Assembly (NCBI GenBank): GCA_033764015.1
Contig: JANRJK010000002.1
Coordinates: 64,001 to 128,000 of the forward strand
DNA from: Candidatus Sumerlaeia bacterium
GTDB lineage: Bacteria > Sumerlaeota > Sumerlaeia > SLMS01 > JANRJK01
Direction: 5' to 3'
Length of the DNA stretch: 64,000 nucleotides
The first letter of the stretch is position 1. The number at the start of each line of letters is the position of its first letter. The notes under the pieces were generated by a model. That model was not told the origin of the DNA. It did no database searches and worked only from the letters and a program-made list of their open reading frames with translations. Positions 38,352 to 47,885 of this stretch are shown piece after piece. The translations under genes and the position numbers were made by a program.

Positions 38352-39905
38352 TTGGTCTTTTGGAGCGTGTTTGTTGCGCTGGTGATGACTGGTCGGGCAG
38401 CGGTCGCCGTCTATGTTTACCGAACTCTTCTGTTCGTGCAGTCGGACGAAGACCTTGCCCGTTACTGGTGGATGTTCCGGCTCTTTCGAACAAAGCTTTG
38501 GGACGACCCCGATCCCGGCTGGCTGGTACGGAACTTCTCTTGGACCGGACATATTCCCTACCTCCCTTTGCAGATGTTCCTACTTGAACCATTGTGCGGT
38601 CGTGGCGAACTGCACACTCCTGCAATCCTCGCAGTCCAGACCGGCTTCCATGCGGTGACAACATGTCTCGTGGCGGCTATTGCGTACTTTCTGGCCAAGG
38701 GCTCTCGCTTCGCCGCCGGAACCGCCGCCATCTTGATGTTCGCCTCGGCGAAGCTGAACATAATCGGGACCGGGTTCCTGACGGAGCCAATGTTCTACAC
38801 GTTCCTTTCCGCGATGGCGCTCGCCACTGTGCTCATTCTGGAGCGTGGCTTCAGTTGGCGGTGGATCCTCCTGTTCGGAGCAGGTGCATTCCTTGCGCAG
38901 TCGATCCGCTACGAAGCGTGGCCGGTCGCATTCCTCTTCATCGCCCTGATGGCCTGGCCCTTCGACCGGCTCCACGCGCCCAAGTTGCTCGCAGCGGCGG
39001 CGATGTCGTCGGTCTTCCCCGCTTTCTGGTTGTTCGTCCATTGGTCGATCTCGGGCGACCCGCTCCACTTCCTCCAACTTACGCGGGAGCACTTCGCGCT
39101 CAACGTCGCCGAAGGCTCGCGCCTCGGGTTCGCGCTGCGCCTTTGGGCCGGGCAGGAACTGAACACGGTCTTCGTCTGGGTGGTGGCGGTACCGGTCGTT
39201 CTGCAGCCGTGGCGCAGCGGGCGCGCGATGGCGTTCGCGGCGATCGCCATCGCGGCCCTGATCACAGTCCTCAACGCGAAGGGTGCCGGTGGCTTCGCGT
39301 TCCCCGAGCGGTTCTGGCTCTCCGCCTACGTGCTCGCGATTCCCGTGGCCGCGGCGCGGCTCGATCTCGGGGTGCGCTCATCGAGCCCCAGCCTGCCCGC
39401 CCGGTTGCCTTGGGTGATCGCCCTGTTCGGCATCTCGAACGCCGTCTTCGAAATGCGATGGTCCGACAGGCCGCTGGTCGAGCGCTGGGACTACGACGCC
39501 ATGCGCGAAGCGATCCGCGCCGTGCGCGCCGACCCGATGGCGGAGGGCCAGCGCACGCTTGTCTGGATGGACAGCGGCCGCGGTGGCTTCCATCAGATCC
39601 TCCCAAACCTCCAGGTGCCCGGACGATGGGAGACGCTGCCCATCCCCACGGACTCGCCGCTACTGGACCGCGATGCGCCGCTCGGCCCGCGCGTGGTCCT
39701 GGTGGAGCGGGGCAGCCGCCCAACCGGCGCCGCGGCGGAACGCGCCCCGGAACCATTCCGGACGAAGCACATGCCGTGGGACGTCTACCTGTTCACAAAC
39801 CAACCGGTGGCCGGGTTGTCCGGCGCCAAGGGCGGCGCTCCGGCCCCACCATCGCCCGCCGACCCCGCGCTTGTGGACGCGATCGCCGATAGCCCGCGGC
39901 CGTGA
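38352..39905 (+). CDS. GT-C/ArnT-like membrane glycosyltransferase
   Basis: Early DED motif, multiple TM helices, LTEP, IRYEAW, SGDPLHF; start uncertain. Confidence 0.65.
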   Translation: MVFWSVFVALVMTGRAAVAVYVYRTLLFVQSDEDLARYWWMFRLFRTKLWDDPDPGWLVRNFSWTGHIPYLPLQMFLLEPLCGRGELHTPAILAVQTGFHAVTTCLVAAIAYFLAKGSRFAAGTAAILMFASAKLNIIGTGFLTEPMFYTFLSAMALATVLILERGFSWRWILLFGAGAFLAQSIRYEAWPVAFLFIALMAWPFDRLHAPKLLAAAAMSSVFPAFWLFVHWSISGDPLHFLQLTREHFALNVAEGSRLGFALRLWAGQELNTVFVWVVAVPVVLQPWRSGRAMAFAAIAIAALITVLNAKGAGGFAFPERFWLSAYVLAIPVAAARLDLGVRSSSPSLPARLPWVIALFGISNAVFEMRWSDRPLVERWDYDAMREAIRAVRADPMAEGQRTLVWMDSGRGGFHQILPNLQVPGRWETLPIPTDSPLLDRDAPLGPRVVLVERGSRPTGAAAERAPEPFRTKHMPWDVYLFTNQPVAGLSGAKGGAPAPPSPADPALVDAIADSPRP

Positions 39906-39909
39906 TCCC

Positions 39910-40371
39910 TTAGGCCGCCCCTGATAAAGGCGACTCCGACTGCCAGTGGTCCAGGAGCCGCACCGCCACCAGCATCGCCAGCGCGCCCGCCGCGTACATG
40001 AAAAGGTCGTGCGCGCCGTCGTGGTCGGCGATGAGCCGCTTGCCGAAGCCGAGCTGCGCGAAGACGACCACGCTGTGCGCCAGCGCCAGCGAGAGCACCG
40101 ACGCCTTCCGCCCCGGCAGCCACTCGCCGCGCAGCAGCGAGCCGACGGCGATCAGCGCGCCGAGCACCTCGAGGATCGCGATGGAGTAGTACGACAGGAA
40201 CATGCCGGGGAACTTCGCGAGGATCGTTTCGCCGAAGGTGCCGACGAACCATTCGGGCACGCCGGGACTCGTGATCTTCCCAAAGCCGGTCAGGCCCCAC
40301 GTGAAGGCGAGCAGTCCGGCGACGGCGGCGACGACGAGGCTGCGGGTGATGACTTCGAGTTTCTTGTCCAA
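39910..40371 (-). CDS. DoxX-like small membrane protein
   Basis: Four TM segments, GFGK, IAILE, LGFGKR; TTG start assumed. Confidence 0.65.
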   Translation of the reverse strand: MDKKLEVITRSLVVAAVAGLLAFTWGLTGFGKITSPGVPEWFVGTFGETILAKFPGMFLSYYSIAILEVLGALIAVGSLLRGEWLPGRKASVLSLALAHSVVVFAQLGFGKRLIADHDGAHDLFMYAAGALAMLVAVRLLDHWQSESPLSGAA

Positions 40372-40485
40372 GGGAAGTGGCTCCCGGGTGGTTTGAGGGC
40401 GCGGCGACCGCGCCGCGGGGCGCTCGTGCAAGTTCCACGCACATTCCGCCTTGGCGCCGCGGAGCCCGCTTCGCATCGTCGCGCA

Positions 40486-41988
40486 ATGGAAGCGAATCCC
40501 CTTGAGATTGCCGCACCCGGCGCCAAGTCCGGGGGCCTGCCCACGCTCCTCGGCGCGTTCCTCCTTGGCTTCGCGTTGGTCGCGGTCGCGACGCTTCCCG
40601 CGGCAAGACGCCTGATCAGCTATGACGACCTGGCGCATCTGCATTTGTACGCGAAAGCGAACCAAGGCCGTTCCGCCGCTGAGATCCTCCGCCTGCCGCA
40701 TTGGCAGGATCGCGACATCGCGCCGCAATGGCGTCCGCTGCCAAAGCTACTGTGGAGCCGCACGCCCATCGAGCGCGGCGGCGACGCGGTCCGTCCCTGG
40801 TTCCTGACGGTGCTGTTGGCGGGTGCCTGTTCGGCGGGTTTCGCCGGGGTGCTGCGCCGCCGTTCGATGGCTCCCGGCGCGCTGCTGCTCTGCGCGCTGC
40901 CGCTGCTCCATGGCGTCGCGTCGGACGTCGTGCTCCCGTTCGTCGGCCAATCGGACCTGATCGCCGCCGTCGGTGTGCTGATCGCCTGGGGCGCCCTTGC
41001 GCGGGGCGGCGCGGCGGGGATGGCGCTCGGTGCGGTGGCCTTCGCGGTCGCTGTGCTGGCCAAGGAAAGCGCATTTCCGGCGATCGCCGCGGTGCCCTTT
41101 GCGATCTACTTCGGCGCGGGAGGGCAGCGCCTTCGTCGTCGACGGGCGCTGGCCGCGTTCGCCGTCCTCGCCGTCGTGCTCGCCCTGCGGTTCGCGGGCG
41201 AATCCGCCGTGTTCGGCTCCATCGGCGCGGCGCCGCAGGGTGCTTCCCGCGGCTTTGTCGAAGGCGAGCGGAGGGTCGGCGCCGCCGAACTGGCCGGGCG
41301 CTACGCCGCGGCGCTCGCCATCCCGCGCGCCACGCTGGTCGACTACACGTTCCTCAAGCAACCCGGCGTGGGCGCCGGCATGTACCCGCTGGTGGGGGCG
41401 CTGGCGCTGGCGGGCGCCGCGGCGTCGACCGCCTTCGCGCTGCGGCGGACGACTGCCTCGAAAGCCTGCGCCCGCGCGTTGCGTCTTCGGCGGGACATCG
41501 TGCTCGGAGTTGGCTGGGCAGTGCTCTTCCTGCTTCCCTACGGCCATCCACTCATCGCCGCCAGCTCCGTCTGGAGCGGCCGCTTCGCTTTCATCTCGTT
41601 GTTCGGAGTGGCTTGGGTCGCCGCCGCGTTGATGGACTTCCAACGCCCGTCCGCCCGGGGCGCCAGGGCCGTGCTCGGCTGCCTAGCCACCGTGCTGCTC
41701 GCCGGGATGTTCCTCCGGGCGGGGGAGTACCGCGCGCCGAAGCTCCTGTGGTCCGCGGAGGCGCGCCGCGAGCCGCGCAGCGCCGTCGCGTGGAAGAACC
41801 TGGCGGGCGCGCTCCAGCGCGATGGCGATCTGCCCGGCGCCCTGGATGCCGCGAAGCGCAGCGCGGAGCTTTGGCCCGCGAACCCCGGCATGTGGCGCGG
41901 ACTCGCGACCATCGCCGCCGCGGCGGGCAACCGCGGGGAACAGGAGCGCGCCGCCGCGAAGCTCGCGGAACTCGGCGTCGCGCCTTGA
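40486..41988 (+). CDS. TMTC-like membrane protein with C-terminal TPR
   Basis: YDD, WRPL, LAKES, TPR tail AWKNLAGAL. Confidence 0.7.
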   Translation: MEANPLEIAAPGAKSGGLPTLLGAFLLGFALVAVATLPAARRLISYDDLAHLHLYAKANQGRSAAEILRLPHWQDRDIAPQWRPLPKLLWSRTPIERGGDAVRPWFLTVLLAGACSAGFAGVLRRRSMAPGALLLCALPLLHGVASDVVLPFVGQSDLIAAVGVLIAWGALARGGAAGMALGAVAFAVAVLAKESAFPAIAAVPFAIYFGAGGQRLRRRRALAAFAVLAVVLALRFAGESAVFGSIGAAPQGASRGFVEGERRVGAAELAGRYAAALAIPRATLVDYTFLKQPGVGAGMYPLVGALALAGAAASTAFALRRTTASKACARALRLRRDIVLGVGWAVLFLLPYGHPLIAASSVWSGRFAFISLFGVAWVAAALMDFQRPSARGARAVLGCLATVLLAGMFLRAGEYRAPKLLWSAEARREPRSAVAWKNLAGALQRDGDLPGALDAAKRSAELWPANPGMWRGLATIAAAAGNRGEQERAAAKLAELGVAP

Positions 41989-41989
41989 T

Positions 41990-42832
41990 TTAAAGGCGGT
42001 CGAGGATTTCCGAACGGTTCTTCCGGATGAAGTGCAACCCGCCGAGAAAGAACAGGAAGGGGTACACCAGCATCGGGTAGAACGCATCGGGATTGAACAG
42101 CACATCCGGGGAGCCGTAGAGCTTCTGGATGACGGAAAAATACGGAAGCACCGGATTGAATTGCAGCAAGTGCTGCAGGCGCTCCGGCACGATGGAGGGC
42201 AGGTACACGATCGGCACCGCCCAGAAGAGCAGGTTCAAAGCGATCTGCACGATCTGGCCGATGTCGCGAAGGAGCAGGTGCAGGACGCTGAGGATCATGC
42301 CCACGCCGACCGCCAACGCGCCCAGGGCCAGCAGCACCGGCAGCGATAGCGCCAGCGCGAGCAGGAACTCCGTCGGCGGCACCTCCGGATAGCGGAGCAC
42401 CGCCAGCACCGCCGTCAGGAACACGAGGCCCGTGAAGTGCGTCAGAAACGACGTCAGCGCCACGCCGAGGAAAAGCACCTCCTCGGGGATCACGGTCTTT
42501 TTCAAGTAGGACGCGTTTTCGACCAGCGTGCCCGTCGAGCGCGTGACAATCTCGGAAAAGAAAATCCAAGGCAGGATGCCGGAAACCAAGTGGACGACGT
42601 AAAGGCCGCCGCCGCCGTCGCCCAGTTTCGCCCCCATGATCCGCGAGAACACTAGGATATACATCCCGACGAGGATTATGGGGTGGATAATGTTCCAGAA
42701 CATACCGGCGCCGCTGCCCGCGTAGCGACCGCGCAACTCGCGGACCACAAGCAGGCGCAGGATCCCCCGCGAGCGCAAGGTCGCCGCGAAGGACGACTCG
42801 ACCTCCGCCGGGTTGCGTGCGGCAGCGCTCAA
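41990..42832 (-). CDS. ABC-2 polysaccharide exporter permease (Wzm-like)
   Basis: RELRGRYAGS..GMFW, GILPW.FFSE, LRDIGQ, PIVY, NP. Confidence 0.9.
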   Translation of the reverse strand: MSAAARNPAEVESSFAATLRSRGILRLLVVRELRGRYAGSGAGMFWNIIHPIILVGMYILVFSRIMGAKLGDGGGGLYVVHLVSGILPWIFFSEIVTRSTGTLVENASYLKKTVIPEEVLFLGVALTSFLTHFTGLVFLTAVLAVLRYPEVPPTEFLLALALSLPVLLALGALAVGVGMILSVLHLLLRDIGQIVQIALNLLFWAVPIVYLPSIVPERLQHLLQFNPVLPYFSVIQKLYGSPDVLFNPDAFYPMLVYPFLFFLGGLHFIRKNRSEILDRL

Positions 42833-42842
42833 GGTGCCTGCC

Positions 42843-43421
42843 TCACTTGCCGAGCTTCTTCACCGACTTCCGGGCCACGCGGTCCAGCTTGGCGATCGCC
42901 ACCAGCGGATCGCCCGACTTGCGCAGCGCGTCCAGCCGTTCGCGCAGCTTTCCCAGCACCCGGTGTGTGTCCTCGGACTGCGTGCTGGCGCGCGCGACAG
43001 CCTCCGTGACGGCCGCGGAGAGCGCTTCGCAGTAGTTGCCGACGGCGCGCTCCAGTTCGACGCGCGCGGCGAGGAGGCGGATATCCGCGGGGAGCGGCGC
43101 GGGGGCGGCCTTCGGCTCCGGCGCGTTCGAGCGGTGCGTGTCCGGCGACTCCGCGGCTGCGTGCGGAGCGGGAAGGGGATACTTGCGGGGACGGCCGCGC
43201 TTGCGCTTCTCCATGACTACTGCGGCGGTTTCAAACGCGGGCGGAACCACCTTCCGGGGGCGTCCCCGCGGACGCTTCGGCGGCGCGGCGTCCGGCTGTG
43301 GAGACGCCTGCTGCTCGGGAAGCGGATTCTTGCGGGGACGGCCCCGCTTGCGCTTCTCCGGGGCCGCGGGAGTCGCCGGCGGGGGGGCTTGCGGTGGTGT
43401 GCTCGCGGTCTTTTTCGCCAT
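42843..43421 (-). CDS. AT-hook DNA-binding protein with C-terminal helical domain
   Basis: KRKRGRPRKNP, KRPRGRPRK, KRKRGRPRKYP; GAGGA RBS. Confidence 0.8.
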   Translation of the reverse strand: MAKKTASTPPQAPPPATPAAPEKRKRGRPRKNPLPEQQASPQPDAAPPKRPRGRPRKVVPPAFETAAVVMEKRKRGRPRKYPLPAPHAAAESPDTHRSNAPEPKAAPAPLPADIRLLAARVELERAVGNYCEALSAAVTEAVARASTQSEDTHRVLGKLRERLDALRKSGDPLVAIAKLDRVARKSVKKLGK

Positions 43422-43437
43422 GGGGTCGTCCGTCCTC

Positions 43438-44601
43438 TTAGCGGTGCGTGTCCGGCAGGAAAATGCGCTCGTACTGCTCGATGAAAAACCGGTCGGTCAT
43501 GCCCGCGATGTAATCGCAGACGACGCGCGCCTTGCCGTCCGTCTCGATTCGGCGCTGGTACTTCCACGGAAGCAACACGGGATTTTCGTGGTATTGTTCG
43601 AAGAGCGCCTTCAGCATCCGGCGGGCCTTCAACGAATTGGTCAGCGTGCCCGGGTGGAAATACACGCGCTCCAGCAGCAGTCTCTTCAGCGGCTTCAGGC
43701 GTTGCTTGAATTCCGGGGAAAAATCAACCAGCCGTCCGGAAAAGCGGCGCACGTCCTCGATGGAGGAAATCGCGTTCGTCCGGAGCGCGCCCTCCGAATG
43801 CGTCAACGCATCCTCGACATGGTCGCTGTACAGGCGCCCCAGCGCGCGGTACGTCACGAACTTCAGCGGCGCCTCGCCGCCCAGCTCGCGGCGCGCCTCG
43901 TCGAAATACTCGAGCACCCAGGGCGCCGCCTTCAGGTCCTTCACCTCGATCAGCCCCATCACCAGGGCATCGTCCAGGTCGGCGTTGTTGTAGGCGATCT
44001 CGTCCGCGAGGTCCACGAGCTGCGACTCGAGCGTGGGGCGCTCCTCGGGATGGTAGCGCGCGTCGCAGCTCGGCTTGTCGAAGGCGGTGTCGTGCTTGAT
44101 GATGCCCTCGCGCACCTCGTAGGTGAGGTTGAGGCCGGGGTGCTCCGCGGAGCGCTCTTCGAGGATCTCGACCGTGCGGAGCCCTTGCTCGTTGTGCTCG
44201 AAGCCGCCGGCGCCGGCCTCGCGCATCGCCTCGCGCATGGCGTCCTCGCCCGCGTGGCCGAAGGGCGTGTGCCCGAAGTCGTGCGACAGCGCAATCGCCT
44301 CCGCCAGATCCGAGTTGAGGCGCAGCGACCGCGCCAGTGTGCGGGCGATCTGCGCCACCTCCATCGTGTGCGTCAGCCGCGTGCGGAAATAGTCCCCCGC
44401 GGTGATCACGTGCACCTGCGTCTTGAACTCGAGCTTGCGGAACGCCATCGAATGGATCACGCGGTCGCGGTCGCGCTGGAACTCCGTGCGCAGGCGGTCC
44501 GGTCGGATCTCGTGCGCGCGTCCGCGCGTCTTCGACGAGTGCATCGCGTAGGGCGCGAGGTAGTTGTCCTCCGCCTCCTGCAGGTGTTCGCGTGTCAGCA
44601 T
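43438..44601 (-). CDS. dgt: dGTP triphosphohydrolase (HD domain)
   Basis: FQRDRDR, RTRLTHT, HDFGHTPFGHAGE, ADEIAY, DYIAGMTD. Confidence 0.95.
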   Translation of the reverse strand: MLTREHLQEAEDNYLAPYAMHSSKTRGRAHEIRPDRLRTEFQRDRDRVIHSMAFRKLEFKTQVHVITAGDYFRTRLTHTMEVAQIARTLARSLRLNSDLAEAIALSHDFGHTPFGHAGEDAMREAMREAGAGGFEHNEQGLRTVEILEERSAEHPGLNLTYEVREGIIKHDTAFDKPSCDARYHPEERPTLESQLVDLADEIAYNNADLDDALVMGLIEVKDLKAAPWVLEYFDEARRELGGEAPLKFVTYRALGRLYSDHVEDALTHSEGALRTNAISSIEDVRRFSGRLVDFSPEFKQRLKPLKRLLLERVYFHPGTLTNSLKARRMLKALFEQYHENPVLLPWKYQRRIETDGKARVVCDYIAGMTDRFFIEQYERIFLPDTHR

Positions 44602-44723
44602 GGCGTCCCTTCCTCCACCGCCTTGATGGACGGCGGGGCGGGGGCGGCGCAAGGCGGGCGGCGATTTTCCGTGTCCCCGCGGGAGTACTGGCCGAGCGTT
44701 GCCGCCGGAAAAGGAGTTCGCCC

Positions 44724-45368
44724 GTGGTTGAGTGCATCGACGCCTTGTTCGTCCTTTCCGTGCCGAAGTGGCCGCCGCCCGAGCTGGAGCCGCTGCCCCA
44801 GCTTTGCGTCTGCGGGCGCAGCAATGTCGGCAAGAGCTCGCTACTGAACGCGCTCATGGCCCGCAAGAACCTCGCGCGCACCTCGAACACGCCGGGCCGC
44901 ACGCAGGAGCTCGTGGTGTTCAAGCTGCGCCTCCGCTCCGGCACCGAGGAGCGCCACCTCCACATCGTCGACCTCCCGGGGTACGGCTTCGCCAAGGTCC
45001 CCGCGGAAATCCGCCGCCGCTGGCGCCCCATGATGGAGTCCTACTTCAAGAACTCGCAGCGGATCGCCGGCGCGCTCGCGCTCTTCGACAGCCGCCGCGA
45101 CCCCTCCGAGGACGACTTCGAGCTGATCGAGATGCTCGCCGACGGGGGAGTGCCCACGCTCCCGATCGCCACGAAGACCGACAAGGTGGGCCCCTCGCGC
45201 CGCCGCGCCACGCTGCGCGGATTGGCCCGCGCGCTGGAACTGGAGGAGGACGACGACCTCCGCGCCGTCAGCGTCCTCGCCAAGACGGGCATCGACGAAC
45301 TCCGGCAGGACGTCTGGAACTTGATCGCCCCCGACGGGCAGGCGGCTTCCCCGGGGGCCGCCGGGTAG
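44724..45368 (+). CDS. engB: GTP-binding protein EngB/YihA
   Basis: GRSNVGKSS, TPGRT, DLPGYG, TKTD. Confidence 0.94.
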   Translation: MVECIDALFVLSVPKWPPPELEPLPQLCVCGRSNVGKSSLLNALMARKNLARTSNTPGRTQELVVFKLRLRSGTEERHLHIVDLPGYGFAKVPAEIRRRWRPMMESYFKNSQRIAGALALFDSRRDPSEDDFELIEMLADGGVPTLPIATKTDKVGPSRRRATLRGLARALELEEDDDLRAVSVLAKTGIDELRQDVWNLIAPDGQAASPGAAG

Positions 45369-45461
45369 CCGCCAGCCCGCTGGCCCGCTTCCCGCCATTT
45401 GTACGGAGTCCGGCGGCGGGATGACTCGCCGCACGGGGCATTCCGACTCGCGGGACGACTG

Positions 45462-46253
45462 ATGGGACCTTGGACGATAATCGGTATCGGATGGGCGATC
45501 ATGGCCGCGGTCATGGTGGCGCTCTGGATCCACGCCACCGCGAAGCGCGACGCTAGCATCGTCGATGTGGGCTGGGCCTATGGCGTCGGCGCCATGGTGA
45601 TCCTATTCGCCGCGCTCGCCCCCGGCGACGAAACGCGCCGCATCGTGGTGGGGCTGCTCGGCGCCGCGTGGTCGGTCCGGCTCGGCACCTATCTGCTTCT
45701 GAACCGGGTGATCGGCAAGCAGGAGGACGGCCGCTACAAGCGCATGCGCGAGGCGCTCGGCGCCAAGGCCAACGCGGGCTTCTTCGCGTTCTTCCAGATC
45801 CAAGCGATTTGGGCAGTGATGTTCGCGATGCCGATGATGGCGGTCGCGCTCAACACGGGGCCGTTCGGCGCGCTAGATCTCGCCGGCGTTGCCGTGTGGC
45901 TGCTCGCGGTGGCCGGCGAAGGAATCGCCGACGCGCAGCTCGCCAAATGGCGCGGCAACCCCGCGAACAAGGGGCGCACTTGCCGCGCGGGGCTGTGGGC
46001 CTACTCGCGCCACCCCAACTACTTTTTCGAGTGGATCCACTGGTTCGGCTACATCCTCATGGCGGTCGGCTCGCCGTGGTTCGGCGTCTCGATCGCCGGG
46101 CCGATCCTGATGCTGGTGTTCCTGTTCAAGCTCACCGGCATCCCGTTCACCGAGGCGCAGGCCCTCCGCAGCCGCGGCGACGACTACCGCCGCTACCAGG
46201 AAGAGGTCAGCATCTTCATCCCCTGGTTCCCCAAGAAGAGGAGCGCCGGATGA
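45462..46253 (+). CDS. DUF1295/steroid reductase-like membrane protein
   Basis: EDGRY, ADAQL, GLWAYSRHPNYFFEW. Confidence 0.88.
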   Translation: MGPWTIIGIGWAIMAAVMVALWIHATAKRDASIVDVGWAYGVGAMVILFAALAPGDETRRIVVGLLGAAWSVRLGTYLLLNRVIGKQEDGRYKRMREALGAKANAGFFAFFQIQAIWAVMFAMPMMAVALNTGPFGALDLAGVAVWLLAVAGEGIADAQLAKWRGNPANKGRTCRAGLWAYSRHPNYFFEWIHWFGYILMAVGSPWFGVSIAGPILMLVFLFKLTGIPFTEAQALRSRGDDYRRYQEEVSIFIPWFPKKRSAG

Positions 46254-47284
46254 GCATCGGAGTCGATCTCGCCGAGCGGGGACTCGTCCCCGATTCCGTC
46301 ATCACCTGGGGCATCCGGCGCCGCTGCGCGGAAATCCTCAAGGAGCACACCTTCCCCACCGAGGATGCCGCCCGCGCCGCCCACGCCAAGTTCATCGCCG
46401 AACTCCGCGCGTCGCCGCTCGCGATCCACACCGACAAGGCGAACGAGCAGCACTACGAAGTGCCACCGCCGTTCTTCCTCCAGACGCTCGGCAAGCGCCT
46501 CAAGTACTCCTGCTGCTTCTACGACGAGAACGCCAAGACGCTCGACCAGGCGGAGGAGCGCATGCTCGCGCTCTACGGCGAGCGCGGCGAGCTCGCCGAC
46601 GGGCAGGAGATCCTCGAACTCGGCTGCGGCTGGGGCTCGCTCACGCTCTGGATGGCGGAGAAGTACCCCAACGCGCGCATCCTCTCGCTCTCCAACTCGC
46701 GCCCGCAGCGCGAATTCATCGAACAGCGCGCACGCGCCAACGGCTTCAACAACGTGCAGGTCGTCACGCAGGACGTGAACCTCTTCGACACGTCGCGCCG
46801 CTTCGACCGCATCGTCTCCATCGAGATGTTCGAACACCTGCGCAACTACGAGGAACTCACGCGCAAGCTCAAGGGATGGATGAAACCCGGCGGCAAGGCC
46901 TTCGTCCACATCTTTTGCCACAATCGCTTCGGCTACCCCTACGTCGCCGAGGGCGAAGACAACTGGATGGCCAAGCACTTCTTCACCGGCGGCCTGATGC
47001 CCTCCTTCGACATCTTCCGCCACTTCGAGCACAACCTCGTGGTCGAGCAGGACTGGCAGGTGCCCGGCTGGCACTACGAAAAGACCTCGTGGGACTGGCT
47101 CCGCAACATGGACGAGAACCGCGAAGAAATCCGCGGCATCTTCCGCGACCTCTACGGCCCGGAGGAAGCGGACCGCTGGCTCCAGCGCTGGCGCATCTTC
47201 TTCATGTCCTGCGCCGAACTGTTCGGCTACGACAAGGGCACCGAGTGGATTGTCGGCCACTACCGGATGCGCGCGGCGGAGTAG
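46250..47284 (+). CDS. CFA-synthase-like SAM methyltransferase
   Basis: ANEQHYEVP, LELGCGWG, SIEMFEH. Confidence 0.9.
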   Translation: MSIGVDLAERGLVPDSVITWGIRRRCAEILKEHTFPTEDAARAAHAKFIAELRASPLAIHTDKANEQHYEVPPPFFLQTLGKRLKYSCCFYDENAKTLDQAEERMLALYGERGELADGQEILELGCGWGSLTLWMAEKYPNARILSLSNSRPQREFIEQRARANGFNNVQVVTQDVNLFDTSRRFDRIVSIEMFEHLRNYEELTRKLKGWMKPGGKAFVHIFCHNRFGYPYVAEGEDNWMAKHFFTGGLMPSFDIFRHFEHNLVVEQDWQVPGWHYEKTSWDWLRNMDENREEIRGIFRDLYGPEEADRWLQRWRIFFMSCAELFGYDKGTEWIVGHYRMRAAE

Positions 47285-47364
47285 CGGGGGGGCGGCCCGC
47301 GGTCAATCCGGTTGGCAAGGAGCGGCATCCCAAGGCATCCTCGCCAGCGCGTGCGAGGACCCCG

Positions 47365-47616
47365 ATGGACGAAAACGAGAAGCAGATGTACCGGGACTGG
47401 GCGCGCGGCCAAGAAGCCGCGCAGGAGCTGATCGCCCGCGAGCGCGCCCGCGCCCTCGCCGACGGCTCCGGCCTGCCCACGCCGGAAGCGCTCGACGAAC
47501 TCATCGCCGCCGGCCTCGCCCACGCAGGACCCGAGCGCACCACCACCGGCATCGGCGAACTGCACCGGCTGCTCTCCGAGGTGTACCGGCGGCGCGGAGA
47601 GAAGGTGGGGCCGTGA
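47365..47616 (+). CDS. Small hypothetical protein (83 aa)
   Basis: GAGGA RBS; MDENEKQMYRDWARG... with normal codon bias. Confidence 0.6.
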   Translation: MDENEKQMYRDWARGQEAAQELIARERARALADGSGLPTPEALDELIAAGLAHAGPERTTTGIGELHRLLSEVYRRRGEKVGP

Positions 47617-47696
47617 ACTGTTGACCGACCAAACCTCGCAAGGGGGCCCGCGCTCCGCTCTCGACGCAGGGCACTCTACGAAAGGAGGTCGCGGAC

Positions 47697-47798
47697 ATGA
47701 GCGGTGGAAAAGGAGGCGGCAAGCCCGCCAACGCCCCGAGCCAGACGGGCAAGCCGTCCGGCGGTGATCGCGGCAACAACCCGCCGAAGGGCAAGTAA
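47697..47798 (+). CDS. 33-aa Gly/Pro/Lys-rich peptide (below ORF-track cutoff)
   Basis: AAAGGAGG then ATG; MSGGKGGGKPANAPSQTGKPSGGDRGNNPPKGK-TAA. Confidence 0.7.
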   Translation: MSGGKGGGKPANAPSQTGKPSGGDRGNNPPKGK

Positions 47799-47820
47799 TG
47801 GCCTCGGCACATGAATAGGG

Positions 47821-47854
47821 AGCCGCCCCCGGCATTGGGATGCCGGGGGCGGCT
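47821..47854. terminator. Hairpin between peptide gene and convergent gene
   Basis: AGCCGCCCCCGGCA-TTGGGA-TGCCGGGGGCGGCT. Confidence 0.65.
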
Positions 47855-47885
47855 GCTTGACGTTTGGGTAGTCAGCCCCAGTGCC

